DNA of 52,253 bases, taken from contig JAIPFG010000001.1 in assembly GCA_021736745.1 (NCBI GenBank), positions 1 through 52,253 on the forward strand. The letters are read 5' to 3'. This stretch comes from Pseudomonadales bacterium. GTDB lineage: Bacteria; Pseudomonadota; Gammaproteobacteria; Pseudomonadales; IMCC2047. Both the position numbers and the translations under genes were made by a program. The notes beneath the pieces are model-generated. The model had not been told where the DNA came from and searched no databases. It saw only the letters and a list, made by a program, of their open reading frames with translations. Every line of letters starts with the position of its first letter. The first letter of the stretch is position 1. Shown one piece after another: positions 18,041 to 27,788 of this stretch.

Positions 18041-18895
18041 TCAAGGCAAAACGGACACTCGGTTTCTTCCGGTGTTTTTTGAGTGATATAAAGCTTTGTC
18101 TGCACGCTTATAGAGTGTGGCTTGATGATCATTTGGTTGGATAGCCGCAATACCAATACTGATCGTTAAACGGTGAGAATGTTTACCAATAGCCTGGTTT
18201 ACGAAGGCGTTGCGTATCTTTTCACAGATTTTCTGAGCTTGGGTTAAATTGGTTTCTATCATAAGAAAGGCAAACTCATCTCCACCCAGGCGAAATATCT
18301 CGTCGGAAGAGCGTGTGATGCTGGATATTCGCTTTGATACTGCAGTGAGTAACTCATCGCCAGCATCGTGGCCGTAAGTGTCGTTAATCTTCTTAAAGTG
18401 GTCAATATCGATCAGTGCCAGCGACAGGTCTCGGTGATAGCGCAGCGCACGGTCAGTCTCTCGGGCCATAATATGCTCAAAGGCTCGTCTGTTTTTTGTC
18501 TGGGTTAAGGCGTCGGTTGTTGACAGTCTGCCTAATTGTGCAATTTTTACTTGATCACCCTGATACTTCATTACCATGATGGCGGTGCCTGTAATCAGAA
18601 AAATAGCCAGAGCTCTATTGATGATGGCTATCTCCATAAAACCCGCTACGGGGGGTGATAGATAGTAACCCAGAAGGGTCAGCAGGATGCTGGTGATCGC
18701 AATGATACAGGTGGTTACATAATTTTCTGATTTGAGGCTGAACATGACAACAAAGGCGTAAGGTATGCCGGCGGCAATGCCGGAGGGCAGCAGGAGATCG
18801 ATAATAAAGATCAGCAGGAGGAATAAAAGCTTTATCATCCCGACCATGGAGACTAGGTGTTTACTTGCCATTAACATGCGGTCAAATCGCCTCAA
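18041..18895 (-). CDS. Membrane-bound diguanylate cyclase (GGDEF) with I-site
   Basis: Four to five N-terminal TM helices, DALTQTKNRRAF, and RSSD followed by 5 aa and then GGDEF (RLGGDEFAFL). Confidence 0.9.
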   Translation of the reverse strand: MRRFDRMLMASKHLVSMVGMIKLLFLLLIFIIDLLLPSGIAAGIPYAFVVMFSLKSENYVTTCIIAITSILLTLLGYYLSPPVAGFMEIAIINRALAIFLITGTAIMVMKYQGDQVKIAQLGRLSTTDALTQTKNRRAFEHIMARETDRALRYHRDLSLALIDIDHFKKINDTYGHDAGDELLTAVSKRISSITRSSDEIFRLGGDEFAFLMIETNLTQAQKICEKIRNAFVNQAIGKHSHRLTISIGIAAIQPNDHQATLYKRADKALYHSKNTGRNRVSVLP

Positions 18896-18999
18896 TTGCT
18901 TTTTATTTAAACAATAGTCTTCGGATCATCTGCCGCAATAACCTGTGAAATGATAAGGCGTGCTTCAAAAGATCTCTACCGGATCAACAAATAAAATCA

Positions 19000-19305
19000 T
19001 TAACGTTCGTAGGTTGCCATAATCGTGGTGCTAGCAACGGAAGGTTCAAAATATTGATGTTTAACTTGCAGATATTCTTCATTGCTAAAAAATTGTTCCA
19101 TGTTGGCCCGGTTGGGAAAGGTTAGAATAAATACGCGATTGATATCCTGATGGGTTGGTGAAGCAAGTACCTCGGATACCCTGAAATCGTAAGTGAATTT
19201 ACCGCCATATTGAGCCAAAATGGGTTTCATCGATGTACGATAGTTCTGATACATTTCGTCATTCGTAACGCATAATCCTACGACTCTATCAAAAGGCATA
19301 AACAT
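19000..19305 (-). CDS. DUF1330 domain protein
   Basis: The roughly 100 aa core is typical of DUF1330. I prefer the ATG at 19305, because the longer ORF (to 19371) would overlap the upstream gene. Confidence 0.7.
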   Translation of the reverse strand: MFMPFDRVVGLCVTNDEMYQNYRTSMKPILAQYGGKFTYDFRVSEVLASPTHQDINRVFILTFPNRANMEQFFSNEEYLQVKHQYFEPSVASTTIMATYER

Positions 19306-19343
19306 TCTCCTGCTGTTTCTGGTGATAGTAATAGAGAAACTCG

Positions 19344-20360
19344 TTAATCGGCCAGTACAATTTTTGACCAATCGTGATTAACCGATGTGAGCAACCTGTT
19401 CAGTGCTTTACATTTATCCTGGTAATCATGTGCGTTTTTATCCCAGCGTTGCTTGACGCTTAAATGCAGCGGCCCGTTAATGACGCGCACAATTTGCCTG
19501 CGAGCCAAATAAAGACCTTTGCGCTCGTTGTGTGCTTTGTCCAGGGGGTTGGGCTTGATCCTGTTGAGTAGATGTGGTTCGAATTCAAGGCCGAATTTGG
19601 ATGCTTCTTTGATGATCCAGTCGCTGGCGCAATCACTGAGTCCGGATTCACTATAGCCGCCACCGATATCTGAATGAACGCCCGCAAACCAGACCTGTTG
19701 AATATCAAGGCCTGGCTTAGTACTCCAGAGTGAGGGCTCAAAATCCTCCCGGTTTTCATCAATTGAAACGGCATGGCGTGCATGTTGAATAATTTTGCTG
19801 GGTTCGGTGTCATGGAAAAGAAATTCGCGTTCCCCCAGTGTCCCCCAAAAAGGTACGGGAATACCCAATGCTCCAACGGTGTCCCAAACGCCGACGAACG
19901 CTATCGGAGTAATGTCCGCCACAGCGTAAGCTTGACGGAATTGGATGGCGGCTTTTTGACTGGGACTGCTGGATTGAGTGCGTTTGCGGTAGAGTATAAA
20001 AGCCTCGGGTATCCTATCGGCATGTTCACGCTTAAGTAATCCACAATTGCGAATAAAACCTGCCAGCGATCGGGCTGTGTAAGCACCGCGGCTAAAGCCA
20101 AAAAAGAAAAGTTGATCACCAGGGTCGTAGTTGTGAACAATAAAGCGATAACAATCCATAATATTTTTATCGATGCCAGCGCCAGTAATACCGCCCGCAA
20201 TTTTCTTACGATCTGTACCCACGCCCCAATCATAAAAGCTTATTTGCTCGATCTTGTCGGCTCGCGGGCGTATCGCTCTTGCAACACGTAACACATTGGT
20301 TGCGTTTCCCTGTTCGGGTGAATTCCAGGTGCCATCGGCACATATCACGATTCTTTTCAT
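19344..20360 (-). CDS. DUF2235 alpha/beta hydrolase (Tle1-like phospholipase fold)
   Basis: RIVICADGTWN and the nucleophile elbow FFFGFSRGAYTAR are family hallmarks. AAGGAG RBS upstream. Confidence 0.85.
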   Translation of the reverse strand: MKRIVICADGTWNSPEQGNATNVLRVARAIRPRADKIEQISFYDWGVGTDRKKIAGGITGAGIDKNIMDCYRFIVHNYDPGDQLFFFGFSRGAYTARSLAGFIRNCGLLKREHADRIPEAFILYRKRTQSSSPSQKAAIQFRQAYAVADITPIAFVGVWDTVGALGIPVPFWGTLGEREFLFHDTEPSKIIQHARHAVSIDENREDFEPSLWSTKPGLDIQQVWFAGVHSDIGGGYSESGLSDCASDWIIKEASKFGLEFEPHLLNRIKPNPLDKAHNERKGLYLARRQIVRVINGPLHLSVKQRWDKNAHDYQDKCKALNRLLTSVNHDWSKIVLAD

Positions 20361-20372
20361 CTATTACTCCTT

Positions 20373-20511
20373 GAGACCTTTGCATAATTACTGCGCTAGG
20401 CAATACGGCGTTAAAAACCGGCTCAAAATGCTCATTTATAAGCATAAACTCCGCTTTTTCGCCGGTTTTTGCCTTGTCTTGCCGTCGCTCGTCACATTAT
20501 GCAAAGGTCTC
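20373..20511. mobile_element. 139 bp MITE-like element: perfect 16 bp terminal inverted repeats flanked by 5 bp direct repeats
   Basis: GAGACCTTTGCATAAT (20373-20388) is the exact reverse complement of 20496-20511. TCCTT flanks both ends (20368-72 and 20512-16). Nested inner inverted repeat AAAAACCGGC (20413-22) / GCCGGTTTTT (20461-70). Confidence 0.55.
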
Positions 20512-20601
20512 TCCTTGTTAAAGAAAATGTTATTCATGATAGTGGGTTGTCGTATATTGTCTGGTTAGACGAAGCGATTGAGTGGTGTAATGGCCGGTTT
20601 A

Positions 20602-22203
20602 CTAGGTTTCTTCAAATTGCGCGCGAAGCACCTTTTTGTCCACTTTTCCTGTGGCTGTGTGCGGGAGATCCGTAATCTGGACCACACGGTCAGGAATCCA
20701 CCAGTTAGCGACTTTTCCCTGATAAAATTCCAATAATTCAGCCGGGTTGATGTCTTTATCGGTATTTGGTGTCACCACGAGTAGTGGCCGCTCATCCCAT
20801 TTCGGATCGGGCATAGCGATGACGGCAGCTTCTCGGACATCCGGATGAGAGGCAGCAATATTTTCCAAATCAATAGAGCTGATCCATTCGCCGCCGGATT
20901 TAATTAAATCCTTACTGCGGTCAGTAATGATAATTCGACTTTCTGTATCAATTTTCGCAATATCACCGGTATTGAACCAGCCATGATGATCCCAATTATC
21001 CGCCTCCTGGTGATAATATTGACGACAGACCCAGTTACCTCTGACCTCAAGGTGCCCGCTGGCTTCGCCATTCCAGGGAAGCTCTTCTTCACGATCATTG
21101 ACGATACGAAATTCAATACCATATACCGGACGTCCAGCCTTGAGCCTGTCGTTTATGCTCACTTGATTGGTATCTGAATGAGCCAGAGCATTAACGCAAC
21201 CTAAAGGTGACGTTTCGGTCATGCCCCAGGCCGTTCTGACCCTTGGCCCAAGCGCCTCGATTTTCTCAACCAAAGTCGCGGGTGCTGACGCGCCACCGAT
21301 AGCCACCATTTTGAGCGAACGTAATTTTTTGATGCCGTCCTCTTGGTTTTTCATTTGGTCGAGCAGATTGACCCAAGCGGTCGGGACGCCGGCGGCTGAG
21401 GTGACCTCTTCTTCCTCAATGAGCGCAGCGAGGACTTTACCGTCACCCATATAGCGGCCGGGTAACACCAGCGGGCTTCCCACCATAGGTGCGGAATAGG
21501 GAATGCCCCAGGCATTGACGTGGAACATGGGTACCACTGGCATGACCTTTGTCGAGAGTGACATATTGAGAGAATCCGGTAAGGCCATGCCGTAGCTATG
21601 TAACACAGTCGAACGATGACTGTAGAGTGCTCCCTTGGGGTTGCCGGTAGTGCCAGAGGTGTAGCAAAGCCCGGATGCTTGGTTTTCATCCAGGTTGGGC
21701 CAGGGAAAGTGGATATCTTGTCCCTGAATAAAACTGTCGTAATCAACGGAATTATCCCCGTCTACGGTATTGTCGGACTGATAAACGATGATTTTTTCAA
21801 ATGGTATCGATTTGCCTAGCTCGCGCCCCAAGGTGGCATAAAGGTCAGCACTAATCAGCAAAAAACGATCATTGGCGCTACGAATAATGCACTTGATTTG
21901 CTCGGGATGCAGCCGTGGGTTAATGGTGTGGCAAATCGCACCAGAGCAACTGATCGCATAATAAGCTTCCAGGTGATAGTGATCGTTCCAGGCCAACGTC
22001 GCGACGCAATCACCCTGTTTCATTCCCGCTTGGCTGAGCGCCCCGGCAAGTTGTGCTGCTCGTTGGAAACAGACACTGTAATTATATCGATGCCGTGATA
22101 AATCCAAGTTGACCGAAACCAGGTCAACATGACCAAATACCTGCTGGGCATGCCGCATAATCGATGTGATCGTCAACGGCATGGTCATCATATTTCCCAT
22201 CAA
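20602..22203 (-). CDS. Fatty-acid--CoA ligase (AMP-binding family)
   Basis: [14 protein letters not shown]-binding motif, GWFNTGD, and a C-terminal TATGKVDKK lysine motif. Confidence 0.9.
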   Translation of the reverse strand: MMGNMMTMPLTITSIMRHAQQVFGHVDLVSVNLDLSRHRYNYSVCFQRAAQLAGALSQAGMKQGDCVATLAWNDHYHLEAYYAISCSGAICHTINPRLHPEQIKCIIRSANDRFLLISADLYATLGRELGKSIPFEKIIVYQSDNTVDGDNSVDYDSFIQGQDIHFPWPNLDENQASGLCYTSGTTGNPKGALYSHRSTVLHSYGMALPDSLNMSLSTKVMPVVPMFHVNAWGIPYSAPMVGSPLVLPGRYMGDGKVLAALIEEEEVTSAAGVPTAWVNLLDQMKNQEDGIKKLRSLKMVAIGGASAPATLVEKIEALGPRVRTAWGMTETSPLGCVNALAHSDTNQVSINDRLKAGRPVYGIEFRIVNDREEELPWNGEASGHLEVRGNWVCRQYYHQEADNWDHHGWFNTGDIAKIDTESRIIITDRSKDLIKSGGEWISSIDLENIAASHPDVREAAVIAMPDPKWDERPLLVVTPNTDKDINPAELLEFYQGKVANWWIPDRVVQITDLPHTATGKVDKKVLRAQFEET

Positions 22204-22243
22204 AGCCCTGTTCCCCTTATGATATTTTTTAAATGAAAGCTGA

Positions 22244-24598
22244 CTAGAATCGATAAGCCGCCTGGAAAGTCACCGTGCGTGGAGGCAGTGTAAATCCGTA
22301 GAAAGTATTGGTTTTAAAGGTGCCTGCTGAAAGTGGTACGTTATCGGCATAGGTCAGAATTTCTTCATCAGACAAATTACGGCCCAAAACCGCCACTTCC
22401 CAGTTATCCGCTTCCAGAGCTACCCGTAGGTTCACTTGCGTATAGGAATCGATTTCAAATAAGGGGTCCAGACTGCCATGCACGTTCTGGTCATCGGTAT
22501 AGTTAAGGTCGAGCGCTGCTGAGAGAGTCAAAAAGTCGGTAATGGGTTGATGATAATTGAAGGAAAGGCTGCCAGTGATTTCAGGCGTATATTGGCCAGA
22601 TTTACCGGAGTAATTACAGAGCTGATTGCCAGCGGGGCCAACATCACCATCAGGCGTTTGTCGGTTATAGCAATTGCCACCGGTGTAGTTGTCGAATTCA
22701 TGATCCAGGAAACCAATGGAATAGCGAAGATGAAAGCTGTCGTTAAAGGCAACACGTCCATCAATTTCAATCCCTTCAATGGTTACCTCTGCCGCATTAT
22801 TGACGTTAAAGCCGAACGCCCCGTCAAATTGGCTGATCTGCAGATCCTCATAATCGGTATGGTATAACGCAATATTAAACTCCGCCGCACCATTCCAAAA
22901 AGTGGTTTTCATACCGAGTTCAAAGGCGCTGGCTTCTTCCTCTTCAAACTCAAAGGATGCCGGGTTGTTCGCCCGCGGATCATAACCTCCGGATTTAAAA
23001 CCAGTCGTGTAAGAGACGTAGGCCATTATCTGTTCATTCACATCCCATTGCAGATTGATCAACGGCGTAAAGGATGATTCATCTCTATCGTTAGATACAT
23101 TATGTCCGCTGCGTTGCTCGTTGATAATTTTGAATACCAATTCATACAGTGTGGGAGCCCCCAGGAGCGGGTTAGCCGGATTCCCTGTGGCACTATTGAT
23201 GATATTCACTTGTCGTGAACCATCCTTTTCTTCGCTGGTAAAGCGTGCCCCAAGGGTGATTCGTAGATTGTTCTGAAGATTCCAGGTAGCCTGGCCAAAA
23301 ACTGCCCAAAGGTCAGCATCGGAACTGAAATTGCGGGCAACTTCGGTCCCTCGGATTGGTGCCAATAGACCTCCGCTGACCAAACCCAGAACACTGTTAG
23401 GAGGTATCAGTATTTGATCGTCAAAATCGAGATCGCTGGTTTGATAAAAGACACCGATCACCCAGTCAATTTTTTCTCCGCCCGGTGAGGTTAGGCGAAG
23501 CTCCTGGCTGAACTGATCGTATTCCTCATCCAAGACAACGCTGAAGAGAGGGGCAGCAACATAGTCACAGTCACACAACTCCAAAAACTCGTAACGCACA
23601 AAACCCGTTACACTGGTGAAAGTATTTTTGCCCACTTGGTAGTTAATGGTTAGCGTCAGGTTTTCAAGCTCATTATCACTAAATTCTTTTTCACCAAAGC
23701 CGCCTGCCTGCCGCTCAAAATCCAATGCTGATTCGGTAATGGCTTTTGGGTGTCCCAATAAACCGAGAATGGTGCTGTAATTGGCGCCAGGAACGGGTGA
23801 GCCAGGCAGTGCTGGATCATCCCTGACGATTTCTATTTGGCGGCCTGTAGTATCGAAAGTGTCACGCTCTATTTTTAATGTTAAATCCAAATCGTCATTG
23901 GCGTCCCATTGCAAAATTCCACGTATGGCAAGGTCATCGTGTTCAGGTTCGTCCGAGTGTAAAAAGGTGTTATCAACATAACCGTCAGTATCATAGCTGC
24001 GTAGAGACAGCCGGCCCCTTAACTTCTCTGTGAGAGGGCTAGAGATGGCAAATAGCCCTTCATACGTACCGTACTCCGGTTCATAGTTGAGTTGGATATA
24101 ACCTGAACGTTCTTCCGTGGGTTTCGCGGAAGTCATGTTAAGGGCGCCGGCGATACTGTTTTTGCCAAATAAAATGCTTTGAGGACCGCGCAGAATCTCT
24201 ATTCGTTCCAGGTCTAAAAATGGAGCCCTGATCAACTGTTGGCGACCATAATAGACACCATCGATATACTGACCGACGGATTGTTCAAAGCCCTGACTAT
24301 TACCGGTGCCGATACCACGGATATAAACCTGCGTGCTGATGCCGGTTTCTGTCATTTGTAGATTGGGGATAAACTGTTGCAGGTCTTCAATTCTGTTGAT
24401 GCCGGTCTGTTGCATCTTTTCACCCGCCAGAGTTGTAACGGATAGAGGGACATCTTGTAAACTTTCTGCCCGTTTCTGTGCTGTGACGATAATTTCTTCA
24501 AGCTCTGCGGCTTGTACAAATAGGCAGGCTGATGTGAAGAATACGAGGGTTATTACTGTTAGAATTTTACGACGGGTAACTCCGTTATTTGTAGTCAT
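22244..24598 (-). CDS. TonB-dependent outer-membrane receptor
   Basis: Signal peptide, TonB-box/plug (EEIIVTAQKR...ERIEILRGPQSILFGKNSIAG), and a terminal aromatic beta-strand (AAYRF). I prefer the ATG at 24598, which is preceded by GGAGGAAG, over the ORF-track start at 24730. Confidence 0.9.
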   Translation of the reverse strand: MTTNNGVTRRKILTVITLVFFTSACLFVQAAELEEIIVTAQKRAESLQDVPLSVTTLAGEKMQQTGINRIEDLQQFIPNLQMTETGISTQVYIRGIGTGNSQGFEQSVGQYIDGVYYGRQQLIRAPFLDLERIEILRGPQSILFGKNSIAGALNMTSAKPTEERSGYIQLNYEPEYGTYEGLFAISSPLTEKLRGRLSLRSYDTDGYVDNTFLHSDEPEHDDLAIRGILQWDANDDLDLTLKIERDTFDTTGRQIEIVRDDPALPGSPVPGANYSTILGLLGHPKAITESALDFERQAGGFGEKEFSDNELENLTLTINYQVGKNTFTSVTGFVRYEFLELCDCDYVAAPLFSVVLDEEYDQFSQELRLTSPGGEKIDWVIGVFYQTSDLDFDDQILIPPNSVLGLVSGGLLAPIRGTEVARNFSSDADLWAVFGQATWNLQNNLRITLGARFTSEEKDGSRQVNIINSATGNPANPLLGAPTLYELVFKIINEQRSGHNVSNDRDESSFTPLINLQWDVNEQIMAYVSYTTGFKSGGYDPRANNPASFEFEEEEASAFELGMKTTFWNGAAEFNIALYHTDYEDLQISQFDGAFGFNVNNAAEVTIEGIEIDGRVAFNDSFHLRYSIGFLDHEFDNYTGGNCYNRQTPDGDVGPAGNQLCNYSGKSGQYTPEITGSLSFNYHQPITDFLTLSAALDLNYTDDQNVHGSLDPLFEIDSYTQVNLRVALEADNWEVAVLGRNLSDEEILTYADNVPLSAGTFKTNTFYGFTLPPRTVTFQAAYRF

Positions 24599-24898
24599 TT
24601 TAGCTTCCTCCGAACTGAACACCTGTTCTGTCATGTCGAAACCAAATCCCTGTAGCCTAATGTACTCTGAAGAAAACGCGATGTCGAATGAAGAGGTAAA
24701 GAAGTATTTTATGATCACTGCGTTAATCAATCTTATGATTGCGGTAATTACGGTGAGCCTAATATTCCCCCCCGTTAAGCGCCGGCAGGGTTTTTAGCAA
24801 AATACCCGGCCAATTATTCAATTGGCCACTATACTGAAGCAAAGCGTTTTTTAATGATCTGACCATTTCGGATAATAATAAATTGAGATTGGAATTAA

Positions 24899-27625
24899 AT
24901 GGGTAATATTACCGATGTCAGCGGACCTGACAGCAATCAGCGTTCCAAGGCACATGGAGTGAAAGTTCGCGATTCGCTGGCGGCGAATACCTTACGAAGC
25001 CTGGTGTTCCCTATTACCTTGGTTATTCTCATTACTACCATCATAGCTTACGTTCTTTTCTATGCCTCGGTTAAGCAGCGAGAACTAGACAAATTAGCCC
25101 TGTTCTCGAAGGAGCGGGTGGCACGTGAATTAGATATTTTTAAATTGGCGGAAGATAACTTGAAGGTTGCTTCTGAGGACCTGGTTCAACAACTGATGGC
25201 GACTAGTTCCAGCCAAGCGGAAGAAGCATTCGGGCGGTTGGCGGTATTAAAAGATAATGGCGTTTACCGAAGCCGGCCGCAGAACTTTGATACGCGAAGA
25301 TCTCCCCAGATAGTCATTGCGAACCAGGCAAAAATCTCTCCGTTGATGAAACGTCTTATTCTGGCCAACGATATTGTCCTAAGTAAATATGGCCCCGCCT
25401 GGCATCATCGCTTTCCCAATATTTATTTTGTAGGCAAGGAGGATTTTGGCTCTATTTTCTGGAGTGGAGAAGTTCTTCCCGAGGTGAAGACGGATTTTAC
25501 CCACCTGGATAAAGAGTTTTATTTGGTGGGCACACCGGAAAGAAACCCGGGTCGACAGCCCAAATGGACTTCAGCTTATCTCTCCATATCCGGTCTTCAT
25601 AAGTGGATGGTGAGTAGTATTGCCCCGGTGTATTTGCAGGATGAGTTCCTGGGTATCTTAGGGCATGACATTTTTCTGGATGATTTGATGGCACGTACTA
25701 TCAATGATCATCCTGATAACGCTAAAAACATGCTAATCACTACGAATGGCCAACTCATCGCCCATCCGGATTACATGGACCTAATCACCACCAACAAAAA
25801 AGGCGTGCGTATCGGTCGGCTGGGAGATGATAATTTAAAAACAATTTTTCAATTGGTGAGCAATAGACTATCCAATGTGCCACCTGCTTCTGGAAAAGAG
25901 TGGAGAAAACAGCCAGTCGTGGTGGAGGATGAAACCTATGATCGCTATTTAGTGGCTACGCCAATGGCGGATATGGGGTGGTTAATGATTACGGAGTATC
26001 CCAGCGAGCTGATTTCTCGGCAGGCCTTCCATTCTGCACACTTGATATTAATCGGTGGCGCCATTCTATTATTGGTAGAGTTCTTTGTGTTGTTCTTGGT
26101 GATTCGTCAGAAGGTGTCGAAGCCACTTCAGAGACTCGGTGTTGCGGCGAAGTCCTGGAAAACCAATACCGTTCTCAGTATTTTTGATGAATATGCCAAC
26201 CGCAGGGATGAAGTGGGGGCGCTGTCCCGCGAGTTCATGCATTTGCAGGAAACGATTGATGGCCAGTTTGGGCAATTGCATCAGGAGATTGATGAACGGG
26301 CACAGGTTGAAGCGTCATTGCTTGAACAAAGCACTAAACTCAATCACTTAAACGCTAACCTGGATGCGATGGTTAAACAGCGGACGGCCGACCTAGAGAG
26401 AGAAGTGCATGAGCGTAGCCTGTTGACAGCGGCCATGGAGCATGCCGTGGAAAGCATTATGATTGTGAATGAGAAAATGGAAATCGAATACGTAAACTCC
26501 ATGTTTGAACAGCAATCAGGCTACAGAAAAGAAGAAGTCATTGGAAAAACACCGATGGTGCTGAATCGATTTAAGCGAGATCCAGCGATACAACAGGAAA
26601 TATTAGCGATGATGCGCGTGGGTAAAATGTGGTCAGGGCGAGTTCGGACCGTTTCCAAAGATGGGAAAATATTGGAAGAGGACGCGAGTGTGTCGCCCAT
26701 CAAAAATGAACAGGGAAAAGTGACCCATTTTATCGAAGTGAAACGCAATATTACCGAGAGGGTAGCATTAGAGCAGCAGCTTCAGAGTGCACAAAAACTG
26801 GAGTCTATTGGCCAATTGGCAGCAGGCATCGCCCACGAAATTAATACGCCGACTCAATATATTGGTGATAACACTAAATTTCTTAAGGAAGCCTATGATG
26901 ATTTGAATGGGTTGATTGGGAAGTTGCAGAGTCTACCCGAGGGTGAAATATCCAGAGAGCTAATTCAGCAAATGTTAGAAGAAGCGGATGTAGTGTATCT
27001 GCAAGAGGAAATTCCGCTAGCGGTTGACCAGTGTCTTGAAGGGGTGGGCCGGGTGGCGAACATTGTACGGGCAATGAAGGAGTTCTCGCACCCATCGAAG
27101 GAAAAAGCACTGTCAGATTTGAATAAAGCGATCCAGAGCACCATTACTGTCGCGGCCAATGAATGGAAGTATGTCGCGTCGGTTGAGACGAATTTTGCGG
27201 AAAATTTACCGCCGGTTAATTGTGAGCTAGGGGAAATAAACCAAGTCGTATTGAATATCATCGTGAACGCGGCGCATGCTATCGGTGATGCGAAAAAGGG
27301 TGAGAAAAAAGGACTGATAAAGGTTAGCACTGGATGTGACAGTGGCTGGGTGGAAATTCGGATAGCAGATAACGGGGCAGGGATGCCTGATGCGATAAGA
27401 GAAAAGATATTTGATCCCTTTTTCACCACGAAAGAAGTGGGTAAAGGTACCGGACAGGGATTGAGTATTGCCCATAAAGTGATTGTTAAAAATCATGGTG
27501 GCATCATTAATGTGGAGAGTATAGAAGGGCAAGGGACAGAGTTTATTATTCGTTTGCCGTTGGACACGGTTGCGACAGATACTGCGGGTACTGATCAGAA
27601 GATTTCAGCCTCCGGACTTTGTTAG
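24899..27625 (+). CDS. Sensor histidine kinase: TM, large Cache-like extracytoplasmic domain, TM, HAMP, coiled coil, PAS, HisKA-like, HATPase
   Basis: Two TM segments bracket about 320 aa. PAS region ([24 protein letters not shown]). H-box [13 protein letters not shown]1 and G2 boxes ([23 protein letters not shown]). No receiver domain. Confidence 0.9.
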   Translation: MGNITDVSGPDSNQRSKAHGVKVRDSLAANTLRSLVFPITLVILITTIIAYVLFYASVKQRELDKLALFSKERVARELDIFKLAEDNLKVASEDLVQQLMATSSSQAEEAFGRLAVLKDNGVYRSRPQNFDTRRSPQIVIANQAKISPLMKRLILANDIVLSKYGPAWHHRFPNIYFVGKEDFGSIFWSGEVLPEVKTDFTHLDKEFYLVGTPERNPGRQPKWTSAYLSISGLHKWMVSSIAPVYLQDEFLGILGHDIFLDDLMARTINDHPDNAKNMLITTNGQLIAHPDYMDLITTNKKGVRIGRLGDDNLKTIFQLVSNRLSNVPPASGKEWRKQPVVVEDETYDRYLVATPMADMGWLMITEYPSELISRQAFHSAHLILIGGAILLLVEFFVLFLVIRQKVSKPLQRLGVAAKSWKTNTVLSIFDEYANRRDEVGALSREFMHLQETIDGQFGQLHQEIDERAQVEASLLEQSTKLNHLNANLDAMVKQRTADLEREVHERSLLTAAMEHAVESIMIVNEKMEIEYVNSMFEQQSGYRKEEVIGKTPMVLNRFKRDPAIQQEILAMMRVGKMWSGRVRTVSKDGKILEEDASVSPIKNEQGKVTHFIEVKRNITERVALEQQLQSAQKLESIGQLAAGIAHEINTPTQYIGDNTKFLKEAYDDLNGLIGKLQSLPEGEISRELIQQMLEEADVVYLQEEIPLAVDQCLEGVGRVANIVRAMKEFSHPSKEKALSDLNKAIQSTITVAANEWKYVASVETNFAENLPPVNCELGEINQVVLNIIVNAAHAIGDAKKGEKKGLIKVSTGCDSGWVEIRIADNGAGMPDAIREKIFDPFFTTKEVGKGTGQGLSIAHKVIVKNHGGIINVESIEGQGTEFIIRLPLDTVATDTAGTDQKISASGLC

Positions 27626-27788
27626 CATTTGACGCCCTTCACTGTCGTTGGTTTTTTCGAACGTCGAGAAGAGATAGCTTGGTTTGACGCATCTGGGCAA
27701 TGGAATATTCACCTGCCATTGGCGGAAAAATAAGCGAATAAGGATTCATCGGGAAAGGAGCGATACTGGACGAAGCCATGGAACGATA

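Noticed and set aside
19344-20360. Annotating the DUF2235 protein as a type VI secretion phospholipase effector
   Set aside because: There are no Hcp, VgrG, PAAR, Tli or T6SS core genes anywhere in the window. Many DUF2235 proteins are not T6SS cargo.
24599-24730. N-terminal 44-residue extension of the first TonB receptor (ORF-track start 24730)
   Set aside because: The extension is not signal-peptide-like. The ATG at 24598 has a GGAGGAAG RBS and is followed directly by a signal peptide.
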